Positions 54,066 through 64,000 of a stretch of DNA of 64,000 nt are shown here, in pieces. Origin of the DNA: Dictyostelium discoideum (Eukaryota); NCBI GenBank assembly GCA_000004695.1, contig CM000150.2:2624001-2688000 (forward strand). The letters run 5' to 3'. The notes under the pieces are model-generated. The model searched no databases. It was not told where the DNA came from and saw only the letters and a program-made list of their open reading frames with translations. The translations under genes and the position numbers were made by a program. Positions within the stretch are counted from its first letter, which is position 1. Each line of letters starts with the position of its first letter.

Positions 54066-56954
54066 ATGTTTAAAGTATCAAAATATAGACACACAGTTGG
54101 TAAAATTGATAAACGTGAACTTTGGTATCCAGATGTAAATACAACAGGAAATAGTTCAGCATCAACATTTATTAAAGCCAATTCAAAATGGGTAGCATTA
54201 AATTGGCAATCAAATACTGGTACTATTGGTTTAATTCCATTGAAATCATTTGGAAAGAGAAAAGGTGAAACCTTTTTAATTCATGCACATTCATCAGGTG
54301 TTATAGATTTTGAATTCAATCCATTCAATGAACATCAATTGGTGACAGCATCAGATGATTCAACAATTAAAGTTTGGAATATTGATGAAGCAATTAGATC
54401 AGGTGCAACATCATTATCAAGTGCATCAATTGTTTGTAGTGGACATTCGAAATCAGTTGAATGTATAGCATTCAATCCAGTTGCTAATAATATTTTAGCA
54501 TCATGTTCAGCTGATAAAACTTTAAAAATTTGGGATCTTTCAAATGGGGAGGAGAAATACAGTTGGAATTTTGAACAAGGTTCATTGACATCATTATCAT
54601 GGAATTATGATGGTTCATTATTGGTTGCCACTGGTAAAGATTTAAAGAATAGAATTATCGATGCAAGAACTGGTGAATCAATTCAAGTTGGCGATGGTAA
54701 TCAAGGTGTAAAAGCATCACGTGTCGTTTGGTTAGGTAATTTAAATCATTTCTTAACAGCTGGTTTCTCAAAAATGAGAGAGAGACAATTGGTACTTTGG
54801 TCAAGTCAAGATCTATCAAAACCAATTAAATCGATAACTTTGGATAGTTCAACTGGTATTATCTCACCAATCTATGATCAAGATGCTCAATTATTATTCA
54901 TCTCTGGTAGTGGTGATTCTTCAGTTCGTGTTTTCGATATGAATACCCAATTCACAAAGGATCCAGCTTTCACAGAGTTATCACCTGTACCATCTGATAC
55001 TCCTTCAAAAGGTATTTGTGCATTACCAAAGAGAGCTTTAGATGTAATGGAAGTTGAAATTGATCGTATCTTTAAGGCAACTCCAAATAATATCATTCCA
55101 ATCACTTTTAACATGTCTAGAAAATCAAAATCAACCTTTGCTGATGATCTCTTCCCAAATACCGCTTCAACTAAACCATCTTTATCTTCAATTGATTGGT
55201 TATCTGGTGAAAATAAACAACCAATTTTAGTTAGTTTGAATCCTTCTGATAATCAAATTAATAACGATTTAGATGATTTACAATTAAATGATAATGAACC
55301 AGTTAAAAAATCAACATTTTTCATTGATGATAATACAAATGATAATAGTAATGTTGTTGAACAATCAAAATCAGAACCAGAACAACAACAACAAGAAGAA
55401 AAGAAAATTTCATCATCATCATCATCATCATCACCAACTAATTCATCATCAAATGTAATAAATAGTACACCATCATCACCAATAGTTAATGATAATATTC
55501 AACGTACTGGTATTGTACCAAAAGTTGTACGTTCATCAAAATATAGACATATTTCAGGATCTGCTCATCAAAAGAGTCAATTTTATACAAATTTAAAAAT
55601 TAATGGAAGTACTTCAAATACATGTATTGCAGTTAATAGTGAATATGTTGCAGTACCAATGGTTGGTATTGGTGGTCCATTAGCTGTTATTCCATTAGCT
55701 GATAAAGGTCGTCAAATTCAAGTACCATGTATTGAGATTGGTAGTCAATTATGTGATTATGATTTATCACAACATAATACATCGTTGGTTGCAACTGGTT
55801 CAGAGGATTCTCATGTTAAAGTATTCAAAATTCCAACTGGTGGAATTCCAAAAACTACCGCTAATAAATCAAATAATTACACTACAACCGAGGCAGATTT
55901 CGTTGGTCATAATAGAAAAGTGATCTCTGTTAATTTCCATCCAACCGCTGAAAATGTTTTAATTACAAGTGGTGGTGATATGGTTGTAAAACTTTGGGAT
56001 CTCAATGAAGGTGGTGCCGGTGAGAAATTATCATTTGCAAATGTTCACACCGATATGATTACAAGTGTAGATGTAAATTGGACAGGTGATAAGATTTTAA
56101 CATCAAGTAAAGATAAGAAAATGCGTATTTTCGATCCACGTACTAATAAAGGTGGTTTAGCTAGTGAAACAGTCACTCATTCAGGATCAAAAGGTGGTAA
56201 GGCAGTTTGGTTAGGTCAAACTGGAAATATTTTCAGTGTTGGTTTTAATAAATCATCTGAACGTGAATATCAACTTTGGGATAGTAGAAATCTTCAATCA
56301 GGTACACCATTAGCTTCTGATAAACTCGATCATTTATCAGGTGTAATTACACCATTCTATGACGAAGATAGTGGTGTCATTTATTTAGCAGGTAAAGGTG
56401 ATTCAAGTATTCGTATGTTTGAAATCAATGATCAAGAACCATACGTACATTATCTCACACAATTCTCTGCTGGTACTCCACAAGTTGGTGTTGCTAAATT
56501 TGCCAAGAAAACTTCAATGGATGTTAAGAAATGTGAAATCGCTCGTTTCTATCGTTCAACCGATTCAACCATTGAACCACTCTCAATGACTGTACCAAGA
56601 AATCGTCAAGAATTCTTCCAAGATGATATTTATCCTGATACTCGTCAAACTTGTACACCAGTTATGACCTCTGAAGAATGGTTCGATGGTTGTATTCGTG
56701 AACCAGAATTCGTCTCCATGAAACCTTCAGATATGATTAATCTTTCTGATGCTCCACCACCACCAAAGAAAGAAGATAAATTCGTTGTCAGTCAAGAAGT
56801 TGACAATACTCCTTCAAGAGATCAAGTTACTAATTCTCTCTTATCTCGTGTTTCAAATCAAAATGCTTCAAGTAATTGGGAACAAATTGAAAAATTAAAA
56901 CATAATTTCACTGATTATGATAATGGTGATATTTCTGATAGTGAATGGGATTAA
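54066..56954 (+). CDS. corB: Coronin 7 / POD-1-type tandem coronin (two WD40 coronin units), 962 aa, single exon
   Basis: Two coronin N-terminal signatures are present: [13 protein letters not shown] at residue 1 and [19 protein letters not shown] at about residue 480. Each is followed by WD repeats ([43 protein letters not shown]). A Ser-rich linker lies between the two units. Confidence 0.85.
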
Positions 56955-57141
56955 ATTAAATTAAATTAATTTCAAAATTAAATAATTACAAAAAAAAAAA
57001 AAAAAAAAAAAATCATTGTCAATATTATACTAAAAATAAAAAAAAATAAAAAAATTATTTATTTTAAATACTAAAATAATTAAATATTATATTTATTTTT
57101 TTATTTTCATAAATATTGTTATTTTATTTTTATTATTATTT

Positions 57142-57466
57142 TTAAAAAATATATAAATAACTATCACGTTTACCACCTTCAAAAAATCCTTGAACACCAC
57201 CATTTAATGCACCAACAACAACTCCATTTGTAAATCCAATTAGAAATCCTAAAACTCCACCAATTGGATTAAATCCTTGTGATTTATTTCTACCAAAATT
57301 ATTATTTGACGAAGTTTCATTAATAATTTTTTGAGTTGAATTTGATTTTAATGATCCAATTTTAGAAATAGATTCTGATTAATATAAAATAAAATAAAAA
57401 ATGTTAATAATTTTTTTTAAAAAAAAAAAAAATTTAAATTTTATAATACTTACCAATGATGGTCAT
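57142..57466 (-). CDS. Candidate small Gly-rich membrane protein (81 aa), 2 exons. Hypothetical
   Basis: The minus strand has ATGACCATCATTG (57466..57454), then donor GTAAGT. The intron is 57375-57453 and the acceptor is TTAATCAG. Exon 2 (57374..57142) encodes ESISKIGSLKSNSTQKIINETSSNNNFGRNKSQGFNPIGGVLGFLIGFTNGVVVGALNGGVQGFFEGGKRDSYLYIF and ends in TAA. This segment is richer in GC than its flanks and is codon-like. It is missing from the ORF track because exon 2 has no Met. Confidence 0.35.
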
Positions 57467-57540
57467 TTTATTTAATATTTATATTGGAAGACTAAATTGT
57501 ACAGATTATAGATATTAAAAAAAAAATTAAGAATTTATAC

Positions 57541-57571
<31 letters not shown>

Positions 57572-58632
57572 AAATATAAGAAAAAAAAAAAAAGTGGGTG
57601 ATTAAATCCGATTTAAGATTATTAAATAGAAATAATTGATTAGTCAGACTTTTAGTTTTTTAAATAATTTTATTTTTTGTATTTTTTTATATTTTTTTTT
57701 ATTTTTTTTTATTTTTTTTTTTTTTTATTTTGTTGAAGGTATATATAGTTGGTTATACCATTTGTTTTTTATTTAAATTTTTTTTTAATTTTTTACCCCA
57801 CTTATATAAATTTGGGAAAAATAAAATCGAGTTAAACTCAAGAAATATTTATATTAATTATAATGGGTTTTTTTTTTATTTATTTTTCATTTAAATAACT
57901 ATAGGATTTTTCTTATGATTAAGAAAAGATTAAAAATATCTGTACTTTAATGAACTAAAATATATTATGAATATTATTCCTTTTCTTATAATTAATGTAA
58001 ATAAATATTAAGAAAAAAACAATTTTATATTAATATATAAAATATTAATAATTTATTTTTAATTTTTTTAATTTTACTTTACTTAACAATGATTTAATTT
58101 TATTTATTTTTAATATGAATTTAGTATAGATAAATTGAGAGCACAAAAATACACAAAATCATATAAAATATTTATAAATTTAATGTTATCATTCTGTTTT
58201 TTTGATTAATATAATTTTTTTTTAATTTAAAAATTTTAATTTTAGAATTTAACTATTTATGATTAGGTACATGTTTAACAGGTTTAACAATTTGTTTAGG
58301 TTTAACAATTTCTTAAGGTTCAACAGGTTCATTTGGTTCATCCAACTCACAATAATATTAATAGCTTAAATCCATAATCTATTCTTAAATCAATATGGCA
58401 CTATCATTTTTATCCATTTTTATTATGTGTTTTTCAAATGATAATATTCAATAAGTTTTACAATATTTAATTTTTAAAAATAATAAAAAATTTCTTATCC
58501 AATAATTTAATTTTTTATTATCACCAATCAATCCTTATTAAGTAAAATGACATAGGTTTTTTAAATTCCAGATAAATGGGTACCAATGAAAATCAAGAGA
58601 AAAATACAATGATATTGATAAATTTGTAATAA

Positions 58633-58679
<47 letters not shown>

Positions 58680-58746
58680 AATATTATAATGTTGTTACTT
58701 GATTATTATTATTTTTTTTTTTTATTTATAAAATATAAAATTTTAT

Positions 58747-59218
58747 TTATTTTGTTGGTAAAACTTTATAAGGATTTAAAATATTATTTGGATCCATTGT
58801 ATTTTTAATTGATTTCATTAAATTAATTGAATTATTTGATTTTGAATAATGAAGGAAATCAGGTTTCATTAAACCAACACCATGTTCAGCACTGATTGAA
58901 CCACGATGTTCACTTGTATATTCATAAACAAATGGTTCAATCATATCGAAAATTTCTTTACTATATGGTTTCTTTGGTGTTGAAATATTTAAATGTAAAT
59001 TTCCATCACCAACATGACCAAATCCAACTACATTTGCTTTATCATCAAATTTAGCTCTCATTAATTCTACAATTGAATAAAATTGTTCAATTGGTAATGA
59101 TAAATCGTATTTATAAACTGCACCTTCTTTACCTAATGATTCTGTAATTGATTCTCTAAATTTCCAAAATGCTGATATCTAATTTTATTAAAATAAAATA
59201 AAAAAATAATATGTTAAT

Positions 59219-59259
<41 letters not shown>

Positions 59260-60442
59260 CTTAAAAAAACATACATTTTTTGAATCAGTCGCTAAAGAAC
59301 CATCAATAATTAAATTTTCAGCCATAATTGATTCTAAGAAATTATTTAATTTCTCAGAATCATGAGTTTCATTGAAACCAGAAGTTTCTAATAAAATATA
59401 GAATGGTGATTTCTCTTGGAAAGGATCTTGAACTTGTTGGTGTTTTAAAACCAAATCTATACAAGGTCTATCCATAAATTCAAAAGCTGATAAAATATCA
59501 CCCAATTGTGATTTTGCACGTGATAAAACAGTTTTAACTTGATTGAAATCTTGACATGCGAAAAGACCAACATTAACACTTGTTGGTTTTGGTGGTGTAA
59601 TCATTGACACCTTTGTGACAATACCCAAAGTACCTTCAGATCCAATGAAAAGTTGTTTTAAATCGTAGCCTGTGTTATCCTTTCTAAGAGTTGAAAGACA
59701 ATCTAAAATGGTACCATCAGCTAAAACTGCCTCTACACCTAAAACATTACCATGTAATGATCCATAACGTAATAAACGAATACCACCTGCATTGGTTGAT
59801 ACATTACCACCTATTTGACAACTACCTTTTGCACCCAAATCCAATGGCACAGTATATCCCATTGGTGTTAAATAATTCTCTATCGTCTCTAATACTGTAC
59901 CTGCTTGACATACAACCACACCCGTAACTGGGTCAAATTTTTCAATCTTATTCATATTACTCAATGATAATATAATTTCATCATGTACTGGTACACTTCC
60001 TCCTACCATACCTGTATTACCACCTTGTGGTACAACTGCAATTCTTTATTATTGTTATTAATTATTATTATTAGATTTATTAATTATTATTAGGTTTATT
60101 AATTTTTTTTTTTTTTTAAATTTTAATTTATAAAAAAAAAAAAGTTTACTTTTTATCATTACAATATTTTAAAATTTTTGAAACTTGATCGGTTGTTTTT
60201 GGTTTTAAAACTAAATTACTGTTACCTTTATATTTTCTCATCCAATCTTGATTGAAACCATCAATATCTGATGGATCGGTTAAAATTGAATGTGTATCTA
60301 AAATGGTTTTAAAATGTTCAATATCATCATTATTAATTATTGCATATGATGAGTCTCTGCTTGGTTTTGCTTGACTACTATAAAATAATTTATTATTAAA
60401 CAATTTATTTTGTAAACATTTATTTAGTCCATTTCTAATCAT
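58747..60442 (-). CDS. D-2-hydroxyglutarate dehydrogenase, mitochondrial (FAD-linked oxidase family); 3 exons, 497 aa
   Basis: Minus-strand exons 60442..60150, 60043..59275 and 59178..58747. The introns are 60044-60149 (GTAAAC..AAAG, phase 2) and 59179-59274 (GTATGT..AAATTAG, phase 0). The spliced protein ...[36 protein letters not shown]...CQAGTVLE...[74 protein letters not shown]...SAFEFMD...ETSG.N..HD.EKL..FLE...[14 protein letters not shown]...[10 protein letters not shown].......V...RA.....[14 protein letters not shown]...SAEHGVG..K......SK......LM...K...DP..ILNPYK.LP aligns almost residue for residue with recalled human D2HGDH. The N-terminus is presequence-like ([15 protein letters not shown]). 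Confidence 0.85.
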
Positions 60443-60475
60443 TTTATTGTTGTGTGGTTTATGTCCGAATGGCTG

Positions 60476-60510
<35 letters not shown>

Positions 60511-60919
60511 AAAAAATGTAAATATAAAAAATGTAAAAATAAAAAATTTTAAAAAATATCTTTTTATAAAACTATGCAACTGGTTTGTTGTTTATTAAGT
60601 GTTAACTTATGTTTTTTATTTTTATTAAAAGACATACATTTATATCATTTTAATTCTTTTTTTTTTAATATTTTTATTTTTTTTTTTTAATCGGGAGCTG
60701 AAACATTTCTTTAAAAAAGTTATCAAAAAAAAAAATAATGTACAAAAAACAATTATACACAAAATTTATATATAAATATTGGAATAAATTAGTATATAAA
60801 AAACTAATTTTTTTTTTTTTTTTTTTTTTTTTTTTGAATTGGATAACGCAATTATTATTTGCTTCTCCTTGAGATGCTAGATCTCATTTTATTTTTTTTT
60901 TTTTTTTACAGGGTCTTTT

Positions 60920-61140
60920 TGATTAAAACATCTTTTTTGTCCAAACTTTTTTCTAAATCTTTTTTTATTTTATCGTCTGGTTCGTGATTGATGTTTATGA
61001 CGTATTTGAATTGTTTTTTTTTTAATTGAGTTTTATCCACAATTTCGCTTATTTTTTGTAGGCATTTGTGTTGCTTAATATTTGTGGTGTTGTTTGTGAT
61101 TTTCATTTTATTTTCTTTCTATCTTTTTTAATTTTCTGAA
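60920..61140 (-). mobile_element. Second, 5'-only fragment of the same TRE5-A-like element (B-module-proximal sequence plus the first 63 codons of ORF1)
   Basis: Segment 60921-61140 is near-identical to 62648-62870 (GATTAAAACATCTTTTTTGTCCAAACTTTTTTCTAAATC...TGTGATTTTCATTTTATTTTCTTTCTATC). It diverges sharply at 60920, and a T-run flanks it on the plus strand just as for the main copy. I read it as the remnant of an older insertion at the same tRNA target, or a rearrangement. Confidence 0.5.
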
Positions 61141-61147
61141 TAACTTG

Positions 61148-61149
<2 letters not shown>

Positions 61150-61208
<59 letters not shown>

Positions 61209-62909
61209 TTATAGAAAGTACTGAGTGAATTATTGTATTTTTTGAGATGTTTAGGAAGTTCTATTGCGGGTGTTGATGATGATTTGTGACACCCCTTGTC
61301 CTGTTTTATCAATTGGTGCGTGGTGTGTTATTTTGTTTTTATATTGTTGATTTATTGAGTAAATTTTATTTGTTTTTATATTTGTTTCAGTTAGAAGTGC
61401 TGCGTCCAGCTTGTTGTTGTCTAAAACGGTGTTTATTATGCTGGCAGATTGGATGGTGTTGGATCCTTGGACGTTCCAAACACCTATTCTTATTGTGTTT
61501 TTCTTTATAGTTTTATTTGGGGTAGATTTTTATCTACCTTTTGAAGTTTCTGGTTTATTTTGTCTTCTAACTGATCTTTACTTTGTTCGTTGTGTTGTTG
61601 GTCTTGTGTGTTTGTGGGGTTTTTTGATTTATTGATTTGTTTTAGAATTTCCTTGTTGAAGTTGTCTATATCTTCATCCATTTTTGTTTTTATGCTTTTT
61701 TGTCCATATTCACCCAATTTTGGTTTGACTGGTGTTTTGTTGGTCTTGTTTGTTTTGTCTTGTTGTTTCTTTTTTGGTGTGTTTAACAATTTACTTGGTG
61801 AATCGATAATTTTCGATGGTGTACCATAGGTTGGGCTGAAACTCATGATATGTTTTATTGGAGAGGAGAAGAACCATTGATTTGAAGGGATTGAAAGTGG
61901 GAATTCTATTTTTCTTATTGCATCAGTGTTTGGGCTGGTGAAGTCGAAGATATCATTTGCCTCTCTAAGTTTTTCTTCCGTTGTTAGTCCCTTTGTTTCG
62001 CCGTGTTGTTTTATTGGTGTATTGTATGGAGATGGTGGTTCGATAGGTTTTTCTGATTTTGTTTTAATTTCTTGAATGTTACGATGGTGAAATGATCTCA
62101 TTCTTAATTCTGTTAGTTCATCCACGTTTTTAGTGATGCTTCTATTACCTTTGAGCTGTATCATCTAGGGCCATAAATGTTTTATCATTAGATGAGGATG
62201 TGATTGGTGGAATAATGATTGTTCTTTTTCCTTGTTTTGGTATTTGTTCTGATGTAGATTGTGGTTGTTGTTCATCTGATTGTTTTTTATTTTTGTTTTC
62301 TTCTTGATTTTCTGGTAATGAGGTTTGATCTCTCCATCCTTTGTTGGAGTGTCCAATTAATGTTAGATTGTCTAGTTCAATGATAGTGTCAAATTCTTCT
62401 ACGACTCTTTTCACTGTTTTGATAATTAGAGTTTCGCCTTTAATTTCTGATTTAATTAGTTTACATCCTTCATTTTCTATTACCCATTCTATTTCTGTGA
62501 GTGATTTATACCAATCAAAATCTGTATACATATTTTTTGGTCTTATAGTGGTTATAAATTGTCCTTTTAATTCTGCATCAAACATATTTACAAAATAGAT
62601 TACTGTACTAATACTGTCTGTGAGAATTTTGAATGTATTATTACTTTTGATTAAAACATCTTTTTTGTCCAAACTTTTTTCTAAATCTTTTTTTATTTTA
62701 TCGTCTGGTTCGTGATTGATGTTTATGACGTATTTGAATTGTTTTTTTTTTAATTGAGTTTTATCCACAATTTCGCTTATTTTTTGTAGGCATTTGTGTT
62801 GCTTAATATTTGTGGTGTTGTTTGTGATTTTCATTTTATTTTCTTTCTATCTTTTTTATTTTTCTTTAAAAAGTTAAAAATCTGGAAATTTTCTAATTAA
62901 CTTGGTTCC

Positions 62910-62960
<51 letters not shown>

Positions 62961-63230
62961 GTCTTTTTTATATGAAAAATGAAATAATCAAAAAAAGAGA
63001 TTGTTGTTGTTGTTTGTTTTTTTCGATCTGATTATTTTTTGCTTTTTTTTTGAAAATTTTGCTACGCAAAATTCTCAAAACGAAACAAATAATAAATTAC
63101 AATAAAGTAAAAAGATGGCTTTTTAAAATAGTTTATTTATTTATTTATTTGTTTTTTAAGTCTTTTTTATATGAAAAATGAAATAATCAAAAAAAGAGAT
63201 TGTTGTTGTTGTTTGTTTTTTTCGATCTCT
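61150..63230 (-). mobile_element. TRE5-A-like (formerly DRE) tRNA-gene-targeted non-LTR retrotransposon. The copy is internally deleted (TRE5-A.2-like): 5' duplicated A-module, B-module, ORF1, truncated ORF2 remnant, and 3' oligo(A)
   Basis: The 5' end of the minus-strand element (63230) lies 48 bp upstream of tRNA-Glu (63279), on the opposite strand from the tRNA. That spacing is diagnostic of TRE5-A. The blocks are two direct copies of an A-module-like block of about 70-200 bp (62957-63156 and 63157-63230, sharing AAGTCTTTTTTATATGAAAAATGAAATAATCAAAAAAAGAGATTGTTGTTGTTGTTTGTTTTTTTCGATCT), a plus-strand T-run at 62906-62956, ORF1 at 62834..62145 (229 aa), an overlapping -1-frame ORF at 62164..61505 (219 aa) with no RT or endonuclease motifs (so most of ORF2 is deleted), and a plus-strand T-run at 61150-61206 (oligo(A) on the element strand). 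The composition is much less AT-rich than the flanking DNA. Confidence 0.55.
62145..62834 (-). CDS. Retrotransposon ORF1 protein (TRE5-A-like ORF1p), 229 aa
   Basis: An ORF inside the retroelement. Its first 63 codons are duplicated at 61106..60918. It overlaps the next ORF (62164..61505) by 20 nt in the -1 frame, which is typical of a non-LTR ORF1/ORF2 junction. Confidence 0.55.
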   Translation of the reverse strand: MKITNNTTNIKQHKCLQKISEIVDKTQLKKKQFKYVININHEPDDKIKKDLEKSLDKKDVLIKSNNTFKILTDSISTVIYFVNMFDAELKGQFITTIRPKNMYTDFDWYKSLTEIEWVIENEGCKLIKSEIKGETLIIKTVKRVVEEFDTIIELDNLTLIGHSNKGWRDQTSLPENQEENKNKKQSDEQQPQSTSEQIPKQGKRTIIIPPITSSSNDKTFMALDDTAQR

Positions 63231-63278
63231 ATAAAAAACTAATTTATTCCAGTATTGAAATTAGAATTTTCAACTAAA

Positions 63279-63350
63279 TCCTCATTGGTGTAGTCGGTAA
63301 CACTCTAGTCTTTCACACTGGTACCTCGGGTTCGATTCCCGAATGGGGAG
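63279..63350 (+). tRNA. tRNA-Glu (anticodon UUC)
   Basis: Manual cloverleaf. Acceptor stem TCCTCAT pairs with ATGGGGA (one G-U). D-stem GTGT pairs with ACAC. Anticodon stem CTAGT pairs with ACTGG. Anticodon loop is CTTTCAC (anticodon TTC at 63312-63314, U33 and A37 present). Variable loop is 4 nt. T-stem TCGGG pairs with CCCGA, with T-loop TTCGATT (B-box GGTTCGATTCC). Discriminator is G at 63350. A Pol III terminator T8 follows at 63352-63359. Confidence 0.85.
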
Positions 63351-63351
63351 C

Positions 63352-63359
63352 GTTTTTTT
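63352..63359 (+). terminator. RNA polymerase III terminator (T8 run) for tRNA-Glu
   Basis: TTTTTTTT lies one nucleotide after the tRNA discriminator base. Confidence 0.7.
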
Positions 63360-63377
63360 TACCCAAAATATTGGATC

Positions 63378-63392
63378 GCGGGTTCGATGTTT
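63378..63392 (+). promoter_or_regulatory. External B-box-like element (duplicate TFIIIC-binding motif) downstream of tRNA-Glu
   Basis: CGCGGGTTCGATGTT (GGTTCGAT core) lies about 28 bp after the tRNA 3' end. Dictyostelium tRNA genes are known to carry an extra downstream B box (exB) in many cases. Confidence 0.4.
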
Positions 63393-63582
63393 GGATAAAA
63401 AATGTAAAGAATTTCGTAAATTTGAAAATAAAAAATAATAAAAATAAAATAAAAACAATTTTTCGTTTGATGAAAAGTTCAGTTTTCAGAATATTTTCAC
63501 ATAATAAACATTCGCAAAATTTTACTTAATTATTTGATTATTTATTATTTTACTAAACTTAATTTAATTTATATATATTTAT

Positions 63583-63790
63583 CTTTAACAAAAATAGAAA
63601 AGAGTGGTCTAAAAAAAAAAAAAAATGAAACTCCTTTTTTATAAAATCAAAATTTTGTATCTGAAAACTAAAATAATATCTTTAACAAAAATAGAAAAGA
63701 GTGGTCAAAAAAAAAAAAAAAAAATGAAACTCCTTTTTTATAAAATCAAAATTTTGTATTTGAAAACTAAAATAATATCTGTATTTAAAT
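63583..63790 (+). repeat. Tandem direct repeat, 2 units of about 97 bp, downstream of tRNA-Glu
   Basis: The unit CTTTAACAAAAATAGAAAAGAGTGGTC.A(13-15)TGAAACTCCTTTTTTATAAAATCAAAATTTTGTAT.TGAAAACTAAAATAATATCT occurs twice (63583-63679 and 63672-63780) with 3 mismatches. Confidence 0.8.
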
Positions 63791-64000
63791 CTCTTTCTCA
63801 GACCAATTAATAGGCTTATTTATCAATATTAAAAAAAAAAATCATGTGTTATGGATCACATTTTAAAAAATGAACTTTAATTTTAAAACAATTATTTTTA
63901 TTCAAAAGTTATTACAGGGTATATTTTCCAAATCCTTAAGGGGAAAATCATTTTAAATTTATAACTTTGGTGGTAAATCGCTTGTATCTCTCTTGAAAAA

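Noticed and set aside
61286-61829. Plus-strand ORFs 61286..61510, 61411..61635, 61590..61829 (Cys/Leu-rich)
   Set aside because: They are antisense to the retrotransposon body on its G/T-rich strand. The retroelement ORFs are on the minus strand.
63361-63400. Possible second tRNA gene downstream of tRNA-Glu
   Set aside because: Only a T-arm or B-box-like segment is present. No acceptor, D or anticodon arms can be folded. I read it as an external B box.

Overview
This window reads as nuclear genomic DNA of a Dictyostelium-type social amoeba. It is about 78% A+T, carries long homopolymer and (AAT/ATT)n tracts, has short GT..AG introns with GTAAGT/GTAAAT donors, and has poly-N/poly-Q coding repeats. 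It is a eukaryotic chromosomal segment, so I looked for no prokaryotic operons, CRISPR arrays or defence islands and found none. By hand-splicing the ORF track I can support about 19 protein-coding genes. In window order they are: Rab7 GTPase; a SYS1 Golgi protein; the CFIm25/NUDT21 polyadenylation factor; a small Tim17-family-like membrane protein; a PH-domain protein; AATF/Bfr2; eIF4A; an LplA/LipB-family protein; the Rad1 checkpoint clamp subunit; a P4-type phospholipid flippase; prolidase; a FNIP-repeat protein; a roughly 9.8-kb Roco kinase that looks like pats1; a class C GPCR of the GABA-B-like 'Grl' type; an RGS-domain protein; tandem coronin 7; a candidate 81-aa Gly-rich protein; and mitochondrial D-2-hydroxyglutarate dehydrogenase. 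The 3' end holds a tRNA-Glu(UUC) gene. An internally deleted TRE5-A-like non-LTR retrotransposon sits exactly 48 bp upstream of it, with duplicated A-modules and a second 5' fragment. A duplicated B-box-like motif and a tandem repeat of about 97 bp lie downstream of the tRNA. Points worth a second look: several introns are almost entirely (ATT)n microsatellite, with splice sites placed at the repeat edge; one exon is only 13 nt; the Roco kinase has two N-terminal exons that ORF scanning misses; its myotubularin-like domain has lost the catalytic CX5R motif; a possible far-upstream 5' exon exists for the flippase; and a 5.4-kb stretch has no genes. All homology calls come from my recall of protein families. 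Nothing was searched against a database.
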